The notes under the pieces were generated by a model, which was not told where the DNA came from, ran no database searches, and was given only the letters and a program-made list of their open reading frames with translations. Both the position numbers and the translations under genes were made by a program. A DNA stretch of 64,000 nt from Eubacteriales bacterium (GTDB taxonomy: Bacteria; Bacillota; Clostridia; Oscillospirales; CAG-272), in the NCBI GenBank assembly GCA_045649925.1, contig JAZRQS010000040.1:1499-65498 (forward strand), written 5' to 3'. Shown here piece after piece: positions 40,655-49,887 of the stretch; the first letter of the stretch is position 1; every line of letters starts with the position of its first letter.

Positions 40655-40737
40655 ATATTGAGCAAAATCGGTGAAAGCCGATGACGCAAAGCAAAGAGGC
40701 TAAGGTTTTTTACTATGCCAGTCCAGCTGCAATGATA
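40655..40737 (+). ncRNA. GEMM-I / c-di-GMP-I class riboswitch aptamer (A20 variant)
   Basis: GAGCAAA-ATCGGT-GAAA-GCCGAT-GACGCAAAGC...GCTAA...ATGC...CAGCTGC matches the GEMM-I consensus (GNRA tetraloop, tetraloop receptor, C44/A47/C92 equivalents). Confidence 0.92.
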
Positions 40738-40782
40738 CGAGGTCTTCGTGTGGCCTTTTGTTGTTGCAGCTTTTTGTTTTTT
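40725..40782 (+). terminator. Riboswitch expression-platform terminator
   Basis: AGCTGCAA (40725-32) pairs with TTGCAGCT (40764-71), extended by G-U pairs and an inner hairpin, followed by TTTTGTTTTTT. Confidence 0.8.
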
Positions 40783-40852
40783 GTACAGCTTTTGTGGCTG
40801 CACACGACATTCCCTCCAAACCATACCTACGATTTGAAAGGAACGTACAGAA

Positions 40853-41776
40853 ATGAATTTCAACATATACACATGGATCCTTCTCGCCTGCTGTCTTGCT
40901 TTGGCGACAGCGGTGGTGCTTCTCTCCGTAATGCTGAAGAAGAGCAGGGACAGGGCACGACGAGCACTTGAAGCAGAGGAGCTTTACAATTTACACAACA
41001 GCGATGCTGCATTGCTTGAAGAAATTGAAGCCGGACTTAAAAACGGCGAATTCAAAATGTATCTGCAGTTCATCGTTGACAACAAGACAAAGCGCATTAC
41101 GTCAGCTGAGGCGTTGTCAAGATGGGAAAGGCCCGACGGCGAGCTTATCTTCCCTGGCAAATACATTCCCGCAATGGAAAGAGCAGGCGTCATCACAAAG
41201 CTTGACTATTACATGTTTGAGCGCGCGTGCGAGAAGCTCTCGCAATGGGCGGACACAGAATTCGGAGAGCTCTCCATATCCTGCAACTTCACGAGATGCA
41301 CGATATCGGAGGATGACTTCGTTTCAAAGCTCAACGATATTGCAGACCATTACTCCTTTGACAAGAGCAAGCTCATTGTTGAGATAACCGAGGACTCTAT
41401 TGAAAAGAATCTCGACGTCGCTATCAAGAACATTCTGCGTGCAAAGGAGCTCGGCTTCAGCATTGCCCTCGACGATATAGGTAGCGGATACACCTCGCTT
41501 GTAAATCTTTGCGAGTATCCTATCGACATAGTAAAGCTCGACCGAGAGATACTGCTTATGACAAATGCCGAGCGTGGCAAAAAGCTGTTCTACGGCATAG
41601 TTTCACTTTCTCACTATCTCAACCTCAAGGTCGTCTGCGAGGGCGTGGAAACTGATGAGCAAAACAATCTCGTCAGCGAAAGCGAGTGTGATTTCGTGCA
41701 GGGCTGGTACTACTCAAAGGGACTTCCCGAGGATAAGGCGGAGGACTTTGCAAGGGAATACACGAGAGGGCTTTGA
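40853..41776 (+). CDS. Membrane-anchored EAL phosphodiesterase
   Basis: N-terminal TM; EALSRW, SCNF, VEITE, LDDIGSGY, VKLD, CEGVE, FVQG. Confidence 0.92.
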   Translation: MNFNIYTWILLACCLALATAVVLLSVMLKKSRDRARRALEAEELYNLHNSDAALLEEIEAGLKNGEFKMYLQFIVDNKTKRITSAEALSRWERPDGELIFPGKYIPAMERAGVITKLDYYMFERACEKLSQWADTEFGELSISCNFTRCTISEDDFVSKLNDIADHYSFDKSKLIVEITEDSIEKNLDVAIKNILRAKELGFSIALDDIGSGYTSLVNLCEYPIDIVKLDREILLMTNAERGKKLFYGIVSLSHYLNLKVVCEGVETDEQNNLVSESECDFVQGWYYSKGLPEDKAEDFAREYTRGL

Positions 41777-41803
41777 TTTTCTTCAAAAATCGGGAGATTT
41801 TCT

Positions 41804-42346
41804 ATGAACAAGGTTTTTAAAAAGGATTTATACAGGTTTTACGGCGAGGAGGGCGAGTCACTTGCCAAGAGAATGCTCCGCCCCCCAGAGCTTCGCTACA
41901 TAGCGCTCTTCAGACGAGCAAATGGGTGCAAATTCCTGCCCTTGAAGCTCTACTACACAGTCGCTCTCAAGCTTATGTCCTACAGGACAGCGATACAGAT
42001 ACCTGTCCGCACCGAGATAGGAGAGGGATTTTACATCGGTCATAGTGGCAGAGTTATTATAAATCCCGATGCCAAGCTCGGCAAGAATATGAATATCAGC
42101 ACAGGCGTAGTCATCGGGTGCGAAAACCGAGGAAAGCGCAAGGGCGCTCCCACCTTTGACGGAAACTGCTGGATAGGCGCAAATGCGGTGGTAGTAGGAA
42201 ATATTCATATAGGTGAGGACGTGCTTATCGCCCCCCTGTCATTCGTAAACACCGACGTCCCCCCGCACAGCGTGGTCGTCGGAAATCCCGCAAAAATCAT
42301 ATCAAAGGAAAACGCAACACAGGATTATATCTGCAACAAGGTCTGA
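41804..42346 (+). CDS. Serine-acetyltransferase-like LbH O-acetyltransferase (WcaB-type)
   Basis: EIGEGFYIGH, WIGANAVVVG, VVGNPAK; lacks the CysE N-terminal domain. Confidence 0.85.
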   Translation: MNKVFKKDLYRFYGEEGESLAKRMLRPPELRYIALFRRANGCKFLPLKLYYTVALKLMSYRTAIQIPVRTEIGEGFYIGHSGRVIINPDAKLGKNMNISTGVVIGCENRGKRKGAPTFDGNCWIGANAVVVGNIHIGEDVLIAPLSFVNTDVPPHSVVVGNPAKIISKENATQDYICNKV

Positions 42347-42370
42347 TAGAGCTACAAGGAGGACAGCGAA

Positions 42371-43870
42371 ATGTCAACAAAAGATAACAGAATAAAATAT
42401 AATTTGCTGTCCGGCTTTGCCTATCAGGTCATTCTTATCGCTATAGGCTTCCTTTTGCCCCGACTGTATCTTGAAAACTTCGGCTCGGAGGTAAACGGAG
42501 TTCTTTCCACCATAAAGCAAATATTCGTGTATATGACCTTGCTGGAGGCAGGTATAGGACTTGCCACCATGCAGGCGTTGTATAAGCCTGTCGCAGAGGG
42601 TGATCACGGAAGATCCAGTGCTATCCTCTCGGCGACCAACATTTTTTATATCAAGACGGGTGTCATCTATTCGGCGATCGTAATTTTACTTGCGGTCGTC
42701 TATGCCTTTTTTGTACCCACGAGCATACCCACCCTTGAGCTGTTTACTATCATTATTCTGACGGCTCTGCCTAACCTGTTCAGCTATTTCATTCAGGCGA
42801 AATACCGAGTTCTTCTCGAGGTAGACGGCAGAAAATACATAATTACAAATTCAGAGACTGTGCTCCAGCTTCTTGCCAATGTCGGCAAGATAGTCGTGCT
42901 TTTGCTCACCGACAGTCTCGTGCTTATCCAGCTTGTCTACTGCTTGCTCGCTCTCGCTCAGCTTGGATATGTATATATTCAGGCGAAGCACAGATACAAG
43001 TGGCTGTCGCTCAAGGCTGAGCCCGACTTTGAGGCGATATCTCAGAGAAAGTCGGTGCTCGTGCATCAGATTTCGGGCATGGTGTTCAACAACACAGACA
43101 TTCTGCTCCTTTCCTTCCTGTGCGACTTCAAGGTGGTAAGCGTCTACACTATCTACAACGTCTTTTTCTCGCAGGTGCAGATGTTTATAACGAGCATTAC
43201 CTCGGGCATCAGCTTTGCACTCGGTCAGTTGTTCCACACAAATAGGGAAAAATTTATGAAGGTCTACGATGTCTACGAGACATTTTACATAATGGCGACC
43301 TTCGTTATCTATACACTTATGGCGGTGTTCCTTCTGCCTCTTATTCAGATATACACGCAGGGCATAGATGACGCCAACTACACAAACGTGTATCTTGTGC
43401 TCCTGTTCGTTTTAATGAACCTTTTGTCAAACGGCAAGCTCCCCTCAAACCACGTGCTTGAATATTCCGGCAAGTTTGAGGAAACGCGCTCCCATGCAGT
43501 TATCGAGATGGCTATTAACATAGTAGTTTCCGTTGTGGCAATTCTTTTGTGGGGCATATGCGGAGCAATAGTCGGAACTATCGTTGCGCTTCTGTACAGA
43601 GGCACTATGATGATATATTATGCAAACAAGCGTGTGCTTTCCTGCTCTATGTTCCGTACCTACAAGCTGTGGCTTGTAAACGGCGCAGTCTTCGCTTTGG
43701 TAATGGCTATCTTCTTTGTCGATAGCTTTGCAGGGCTCTCGTTTGGCGCACTCGTCTTGAAGGGAATTGTCCACGCTCTTTGGATAGTGCCCACATATAT
43801 TCTGGTGAACTTCATTTTCTGCCGTCAGGCGTTTAAAAACATTTTCGAGTTAAGGGGGATAAAGAAATGA
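42371..43870 (+). CDS. wzx: Wzx flippase (polysaccharide biosynthesis transporter)
   Basis: About 13-14 TM; LPRLYLENFGSEVNG, LEAGIG, ALYKP. Confidence 0.85.
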   Translation: MSTKDNRIKYNLLSGFAYQVILIAIGFLLPRLYLENFGSEVNGVLSTIKQIFVYMTLLEAGIGLATMQALYKPVAEGDHGRSSAILSATNIFYIKTGVIYSAIVILLAVVYAFFVPTSIPTLELFTIIILTALPNLFSYFIQAKYRVLLEVDGRKYIITNSETVLQLLANVGKIVVLLLTDSLVLIQLVYCLLALAQLGYVYIQAKHRYKWLSLKAEPDFEAISQRKSVLVHQISGMVFNNTDILLLSFLCDFKVVSVYTIYNVFFSQVQMFITSITSGISFALGQLFHTNREKFMKVYDVYETFYIMATFVIYTLMAVFLLPLIQIYTQGIDDANYTNVYLVLLFVLMNLLSNGKLPSNHVLEYSGKFEETRSHAVIEMAINIVVSVVAILLWGICGAIVGTIVALLYRGTMMIYYANKRVLSCSMFRTYKLWLVNGAVFALVMAIFFVDSFAGLSFGALVLKGIVHALWIVPTYILVNFIFCRQAFKNIFELRGIKK

Positions 43871-44601
43871 GCATTCCAAAGGTGATACACTACTGCTGGT
43901 TTGGTCACGGAAAAATGCCCGCAATAGCCGAAAAATGTATAAAGAGCTGGAAGAAATACTGCCCCGACTATGAAATTATCTGCTGGAATGAAGAAAACTT
44001 CGACATTATGCAAAGCCGATACATGAGAGAGGCGTATGAGGCAGGGAAGTGGGCGTTTGTCAGCGATTTCGCAAGACTGAAGATTATATACGACCACGGC
44101 GGAATATATCTCGACACCGACGTTGAGCTTATCAAGTCGCTTGACCCTTTGCTCGACTATGACGGCTTTATGGGCTTTGACGAGAAGGGCATCGTTGCCA
44201 CAGGTCTTGGCTTTGGCGCAGAGGCAGGGAATGAGATAATAGCCTCGCTTCTGGAGGACTACGAGGATTTGCCGTTTGTTTTGGAGGATGGTAGCTTCGA
44301 CACCACCCCTTGTCCCGACAGAAATACGAGCGCATTAAAGCGTATCGGTATGGACACCGAAAACACCGACCAGATATTCAGGGGAATGAAATTCTTGCCA
44401 CAGGATTACCTTTGCCCGATGGATTTTTACACAGGCGTAAAGACGATTACGAAAAACACTTATTCCATTCACCACTACTGCGCATCTTGGACCTCCGATG
44501 TTACAAAGAGGACCACACGTATCAAGCGCATTATAGGAGTGAAGATGTATAATAAGCTTTATGGCAAGTTTTTGCACAAATTTAAGGGGTTGGAGTGGTA
44601 A
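43867..44601 (+). CDS. GT32 (DXD, Och1-like) glycosyltransferase
   Basis: IPKVIHYCWFG, SDFARL, GGIYLDTDVE, HHYCASW. Confidence 0.92.
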   Translation: MSIPKVIHYCWFGHGKMPAIAEKCIKSWKKYCPDYEIICWNEENFDIMQSRYMREAYEAGKWAFVSDFARLKIIYDHGGIYLDTDVELIKSLDPLLDYDGFMGFDEKGIVATGLGFGAEAGNEIIASLLEDYEDLPFVLEDGSFDTTPCPDRNTSALKRIGMDTENTDQIFRGMKFLPQDYLCPMDFYTGVKTITKNTYSIHHYCASWTSDVTKRTTRIKRIIGVKMYNKLYGKFLHKFKGLEW

Positions 44602-44602
44602 T

Positions 44603-46150
44603 ATGCCGGAAACATTGTTCATAAAAATGAAAGAGAATATAAAGCCTCAATGGAAGGTGTGCTTTATCTTTTCATTGATTGTCGGGCTTATCACTCATAT
44701 GTACAAGCTCACAAGCTGGCTACCAAACTGGGATTCGCTCGTCTTCCGTTATGACGGACAGAATATGCTGGCGATAGGCAGATGGTTTTTGCCTGTGGTG
44801 TGCGCCCCCTCGTCGTTTTATGATTTGCCGTGGGTGGCAGGGTTGCTCGCACTTCTGCTTCACGCACTTGGCGCAGTATGTATATGCAGAATGTTTTCAG
44901 TCGAGAAAAGCACGACATCGGCGCTTATCGGTGCGACAGTTATAGCATTCCCGACAGTAACGTCGGTTTTGACATACAACTATGTCGCTGACGGCTATGC
45001 ATTCGCATTTTTGCTCTCCTGCCTTGCAGGTATGCTCCTTGTGGAGAAAAAACCGAGATATATCGCCTCTGCTATCTGTATCACGCTTTCTGCAGGCATC
45101 TATCAGGCATATGTGACTGTCACTGTTATGCTCTTGCTTTGCTACTTGATTACAGAGGGCATCAGGAAGGATACAAGGGTAATTACACTTGTAAAGAAAA
45201 CTTTACAATTTCTTGCGACAGGAATTGTCGGCATGGTGCTTTACTATGTGATAATGAGGCTCGCTCTCAAGCTCACACATACAGAGCTTTTAGAGTATCA
45301 GGGCATAAGCGGAGCGCTTTCGCTTTCGCTTTCGAGCATGAATATTTTCGCCTCGCTTTATACTGTAAAGACCTCCTTTGTGGAGTATTTCTTCGATTTT
45401 TCAAACGGCGCTTCAGTTTTTTCAGTATTGAACTGTGTTATATTGGTGCTTACTGTTGTGTTGTATATTTTCGATATAGTAAAAAACAGGACAAGCCTCC
45501 CCAAGCTTTTGATTATCGCTTTTTGCACGATTATGCTCCCCATAGGTGCGAGCGTGCTTGCATTTATAAACAGCGACGTCGACTATCACAACCTGATGAA
45601 AATGGGATTTGTCGTCTTTTATCTGTTTTTGATATTGCAGTATGAAAAGCAGGACTTCAAGAGCGAGAGGCTGAACGCCATAAAGGCGTGGGGAATACTC
45701 GCAGTCGTTTTTGTGCTTGTGTTCAACTATGTTATAATTGCCAATGTCAGCTACCACAAGCTGAATATGGCGTATGAAAAGTCATACGGAGTGCTTGTGC
45801 GCATTGCAGACCGCATAGAGCAGACAGAGGGCGCATCAGAGTGTGAGAGAATTCTCGTTGTCGGCGCACTCGATAACAGCGAGCCGTATAGTGTAAATCT
45901 TCCCCCCGATATGACGGGCACCACCGACGGCTTTATACTGAGAGCTGACGATGAGGTAGTGGGACAGAGTGTTTTGTGTAGCGCATTGAATGATTACTGT
46001 GGAACTGACTACACGTTTGTATATGGTGACGAAAAGACTGCGCTTGTCGAAAGGGCGGACGAGATGGGCATGGGGCTTTGGCCTGCTTCTGATTCTGTCG
46101 CTGTCATAGACGGAGTTATCGTCATTTATCTCGGAATGGAGGGCCGTTGA
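44603..46150 (+). CDS. GT-C fold membrane glycosyltransferase (GtrII / Glucos_trans_II-like)
   Basis: About 10 TM; NWD...IGRWF loop, IYQAY, C-terminal extracellular domain. Confidence 0.75.
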   Translation: MPETLFIKMKENIKPQWKVCFIFSLIVGLITHMYKLTSWLPNWDSLVFRYDGQNMLAIGRWFLPVVCAPSSFYDLPWVAGLLALLLHALGAVCICRMFSVEKSTTSALIGATVIAFPTVTSVLTYNYVADGYAFAFLLSCLAGMLLVEKKPRYIASAICITLSAGIYQAYVTVTVMLLLCYLITEGIRKDTRVITLVKKTLQFLATGIVGMVLYYVIMRLALKLTHTELLEYQGISGALSLSLSSMNIFASLYTVKTSFVEYFFDFSNGASVFSVLNCVILVLTVVLYIFDIVKNRTSLPKLLIIAFCTIMLPIGASVLAFINSDVDYHNLMKMGFVVFYLFLILQYEKQDFKSERLNAIKAWGILAVVFVLVFNYVIIANVSYHKLNMAYEKSYGVLVRIADRIEQTEGASECERILVVGALDNSEPYSVNLPPDMTGTTDGFILRADDEVVGQSVLCSALNDYCGTDYTFVYGDEKTALVERADEMGMGLWPASDSVAVIDGVIVIYLGMEGR

Positions 46151-47058
46151 TGGTATATTATTGTGCCGATGATTACGGCATTTCCAAGGAATACAACAGA
46201 TGTATAGAGCAATGCCTTAGGGAAGGCATACTCAACAAGGTCAGCGTGTTGCCAAACGGAGAGATAGAGGACTTTGTGGAAAAGCTCAACTGCAAGGAGG
46301 GCGTTATGCTGACCCTGCATCTCAATATAGTGGAGGGCTATCCCTTGTCACCTAAAGAGGATATAGATTTGCTCGTTGACGAAAACGGGTGCTTCAAGTG
46401 TTCGTTTGTGGGACTGTTTTTGAAAGGATTTTCACCCAAGCGCAAGGAGTATGAGAAGCAGATGTATAAAGAAATACGAAATCAGCTTCGCTTCTGGGTG
46501 GAAAAAACGGGCGACAGATGCATTTCCGTCGACTGCCATCAGCACGCCTACGAGATACCATGGATATTCAAGACTTTGATGCAGGTCATTCGTGACGAAA
46601 AGCTTGACGTAAGGTATCTGCGAATCCCCGCGGAGCCTATTCGTGCCTACCTTCGTGTGCCGTCACTCTACAAGGCTTATAGCGTGACAGGGCTGATAAA
46701 GCAATGCCTTTTGAAGACACTCGCATTTATAAATCGCAGATACTTACGCGATATGGATTTCACATCTGCGCACTTTATGGGAGTTATGCTGTCGGGAAAA
46801 TTAAACCGAGAGCGTGTAGATAAGCTTTTGGGATATTACCTCTACCTTTCAGAGAAGAACAAGAGAAACATAGAGGTCGCATTCCACCCCGGCTATGCGC
46901 AACATGACCTTGAGCTTATTTCGGGTAGCAGAGAGGATTTCAAAAAGTTCTATTGCTCACCTTGGCGAAACCTTGAATATGAGGCTCTTATGAACAGCTC
47001 GCCTCAAAACGATATAAAAACGACAGAGAAGAAAGGGAACGAAAATGCCATATCTTGA
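46147..47058 (+). CDS. YdjC/ChbG/HpnK-family deacetylase
   Basis: ADDYG, LHLNI, DCHQH, FHPG. Confidence 0.88.
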   Translation: MMVYYCADDYGISKEYNRCIEQCLREGILNKVSVLPNGEIEDFVEKLNCKEGVMLTLHLNIVEGYPLSPKEDIDLLVDENGCFKCSFVGLFLKGFSPKRKEYEKQMYKEIRNQLRFWVEKTGDRCISVDCHQHAYEIPWIFKTLMQVIRDEKLDVRYLRIPAEPIRAYLRVPSLYKAYSVTGLIKQCLLKTLAFINRRYLRDMDFTSAHFMGVMLSGKLNRERVDKLLGYYLYLSEKNKRNIEVAFHPGYAQHDLELISGSREDFKKFYCSPWRNLEYEALMNSSPQNDIKTTEKKGNENAIS

Positions 47059-47725
47059 AAAAGAAAAAGTCGATGAAAAAACAAGAAAAAAGCTGGAGGC
47101 GCTGATAGAAAAATCATACTCCGGCTACTGGAAGAAAAAGCGCCTTTTCGACATATTTTTTGCTACGATAATTCTGCTCGGATTTCTTCCGCTGATGGCA
47201 ATTATCGCCCTCGTTATCGTCATTGACGATCCGAGCGCAGGCCCGTTTTTCAAGCAAAAGCGTGTCGGTCGTCACGGCAAGGAGTTCTATATGTATAAAT
47301 TCCGTACGATGCGACCGGATGCGGAGCAGCTCCTCGATCAGCTCAAGGATCAGAACGAGATGGAGGGCCCTGTATTCAAGATTAAGCACGATCCGAGAAT
47401 TACGAGAGTGGGAAAAATCCTTCGTAAGCTCTCGCTTGACGAGCTTATGCAGTTCTTCAACGTGTTCAAGGGAGATATGACACTTGTAGGTCCTCGCCCC
47501 CCGCTTCCTCGTGAGGTCGAGTACTACACCGACTACCAGAAGCTCCGTCTGCACGTCACCCCCGGAATTACCTGCACATGGCAGATTTCCAAAAACAGAA
47601 ACGACATTCCCTTCGAGGACTGGGTTGAGATGGACCTCGACTACATACAAAACAGAACCTTCCCCGGCGACATTCTCATCATGCTCAAGACACCCATCGT
47701 AATGCTGAGCGCTACCGGAAGATAA
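47045..47725 (+). CDS. Priming phosphoglycosyltransferase (Bac_transf)
   Basis: KRLFDI, FYMYKFRTM, DPRITRVG, SLDEL, LVGPRP, PGITCTWQ. Confidence 0.95.
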   Translation: MPYLEKEKVDEKTRKKLEALIEKSYSGYWKKKRLFDIFFATIILLGFLPLMAIIALVIVIDDPSAGPFFKQKRVGRHGKEFYMYKFRTMRPDAEQLLDQLKDQNEMEGPVFKIKHDPRITRVGKILRKLSLDELMQFFNVFKGDMTLVGPRPPLPREVEYYTDYQKLRLHVTPGITCTWQISKNRNDIPFEDWVEMDLDYIQNRTFPGDILIMLKTPIVMLSATGR

Positions 47726-47758
47726 ACTTGCCATATTGGATTAGATTGGAGAAAAGAA

Positions 47759-49867
47759 ATGAAAATTGCTATGATAGGACACAAGGTTGTCCCGTCAAGA
47801 CGTGGTGGAATTGAAAATGTTTTGACTACCCTGTGTCCCTTGCTCTCGGAAATGGGTGCAGGTGTTGTCTGCTACAACCGCACCTCCGATGAAATAGAAG
47901 CCGATTATCTCGGAATGGTGGACAACAATCAGTATAAGGGTGTTACCTTGAAAAAGGCGTGGACTATAAAGTCGAGAGGAATTTCGGCTATGATAGCCTC
48001 CTTTACTGCCGCTATCCGTGCCGCATTCGGAAAATACGACGTCGTACATTTTCACGCCGAGGGGCCCTGCGCGGCTATGTGGATACCCAGAATGTTTGGA
48101 AAGAGATGCGTTGCGACTGTTCACGGACTTGACTGGCAGAGAGAAAAGTGGGGCAAGAGCTTCGCCTCCAAATATATCAAGTTTGGCGAGCGTGTGATGG
48201 TAAAGTGCGCAGACGAGATCATCGTATTGAGCGAAAGCGCCCGAGAGTATTTTATGAATACTTATAATCGTGAAACCACACTTATTCACAACGGAATTGA
48301 ACGCCCTGAAAAGAAGTCAGCCGAGGAGATTACCGAGCTCTACGGACTTGAAAAGGACGGATATATCTGCACTGTGTCGCGACTTACTGCAGAAAAGGGC
48401 ATACACTATCTCATCGACGCCTACAACAATATAAAGACGGACAAGAAGCTCGTTATCGCAGGCGACACGAGTGACACCGACGAATATGTAGCCTCCTTGA
48501 AGGAAAAGGCAGGCGACAACCCGAATATAATCTTCACAGGATTTATTTCAGGCGCACCTCTTAGGGAGCTTTACAGCAACGCATATGTGGTTGCCGTACC
48601 CTCCGACATTGAGGGAATGTCGCTCAGTCTGCTGGAGGCGCTCGCATATGGAAACGCTGTGCTCAGCTCTGACATTCCCGAAAACACCTTGGTCACCGAG
48701 GACAGAGCGATGCACTTCGAAAAGGGCAACGTGTCTGACCTCACAGAAAAGCTTCAGCTCCTTTGCGACGACGAGGACCTCGTTAACTCGATGCGTGACG
48801 GCGTTGACGAATTTATTCTCGAAAAGTATAACTGGAATGATGTTGCAGACAGCACCTATCGTCTGTATCACTCATTGATAAAGCGCATAAAGCGTGGACT
48901 CTTTGCAAAGATAAGAGGCACAAAGGCAGAGCAGAGACTGAAGACTGCTTTCCTCTCTGTCGTTACTGCACTCTTTGTCGTTGTCGCCCTGTCAATTGCC
49001 GTTATCGGCTTCAGCCATCTTGGAAACCGAAATTTCACAGAGACGTTTTATAGCGTCAGCAGTCTAAAGGTCAACAACAAGATAAGAGTAATACAAATCT
49101 CCGACCTGCATGGTTGCACCTACGGAGAAGAAAACAGCGACCTTGTCAGCAGAGTAGAAAAGCTCTCGCCCGATATTATTTTGCTCACAGGCGACACTAT
49201 CGGTGACGATGCTTCTATTGACGAGGTAGTCGGGCTCTGCGCTTCTCTTGCGCAAATCGCCCCCTCCTATTACATATACGGAAACAACGAACTGGAAAAG
49301 TATTACCCCACGCTTCTTACACAGGAGGCGCTTGACAGCCATTTCGGCTTCACCGATGAAAACCGAGATGCCACTCAGCTTCTCGCTATGACCGACACCC
49401 TTGAAGAAATGCTTGAGGCAGTCGGCGTTACAGTGCTCAAAAACGAGAGCGCTACCCTGACAGTAGGCAAGACGCCCGTAGATATTTACGGCGTGCTTAC
49501 GTCAAACCCGTCTGCATTCTGGTCGTATGGCGGAGAGAGCTTCAGCGACTTTCTCTATGTAGACGAGACACACCTGAAGATAACTGCTATCCACGAGCCT
49601 CTGGTATTTGAGGAATTCTCACCTGACTTCTGGGGCGACGTTATGCTTGCCGGTCACACCCACGGAGGCGTGGTAAGAGTGCCTGTGCTTGGCGCACTTT
49701 ACACCCACGAGGGCGGGCTCCTTCCCGCACGAGCAGGACACTATGTCTACGGCAGATACGAGGTGGAGGGCAGACCTCTCATAGTTTCCTCAGGTCTTGA
49801 AAACAAAAACATTTTCAGAATCAACAACGAGCCTGAAATAGTCGTTGTTGACATCAACAAATTCTGA
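47759..49867 (+). CDS. GT4 glycosyltransferase fused through a TM helix to a calcineurin-like metallophosphoesterase
   Basis: N-terminal GGIE, PSDIEGMSLSLLEA; TM near aa 400-420; C-terminal SDLH, TGD, GNNE, HEP, GHTHGG. Confidence 0.88.
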   Translation: MKIAMIGHKVVPSRRGGIENVLTTLCPLLSEMGAGVVCYNRTSDEIEADYLGMVDNNQYKGVTLKKAWTIKSRGISAMIASFTAAIRAAFGKYDVVHFHAEGPCAAMWIPRMFGKRCVATVHGLDWQREKWGKSFASKYIKFGERVMVKCADEIIVLSESAREYFMNTYNRETTLIHNGIERPEKKSAEEITELYGLEKDGYICTVSRLTAEKGIHYLIDAYNNIKTDKKLVIAGDTSDTDEYVASLKEKAGDNPNIIFTGFISGAPLRELYSNAYVVAVPSDIEGMSLSLLEALAYGNAVLSSDIPENTLVTEDRAMHFEKGNVSDLTEKLQLLCDDEDLVNSMRDGVDEFILEKYNWNDVADSTYRLYHSLIKRIKRGLFAKIRGTKAEQRLKTAFLSVVTALFVVVALSIAVIGFSHLGNRNFTETFYSVSSLKVNNKIRVIQISDLHGCTYGEENSDLVSRVEKLSPDIILLTGDTIGDDASIDEVVGLCASLAQIAPSYYIYGNNELEKYYPTLLTQEALDSHFGFTDENRDATQLLAMTDTLEEMLEAVGVTVLKNESATLTVGKTPVDIYGVLTSNPSAFWSYGGESFSDFLYVDETHLKITAIHEPLVFEEFSPDFWGDVMLAGHTHGGVVRVPVLGALYTHEGGLLPARAGHYVYGRYEVEGRPLIVSSGLENKNIFRINNEPEIVVVDINKF

Positions 49868-49887
49868 TAGAAAGGAGTGTTCTTCGT

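Noticed and set aside
41804-42346. cysE call for the SAT-like genes (also 61316-61933)
   Set aside because: They lack the CysE N-terminal helical domain and sit in a polysaccharide operon.
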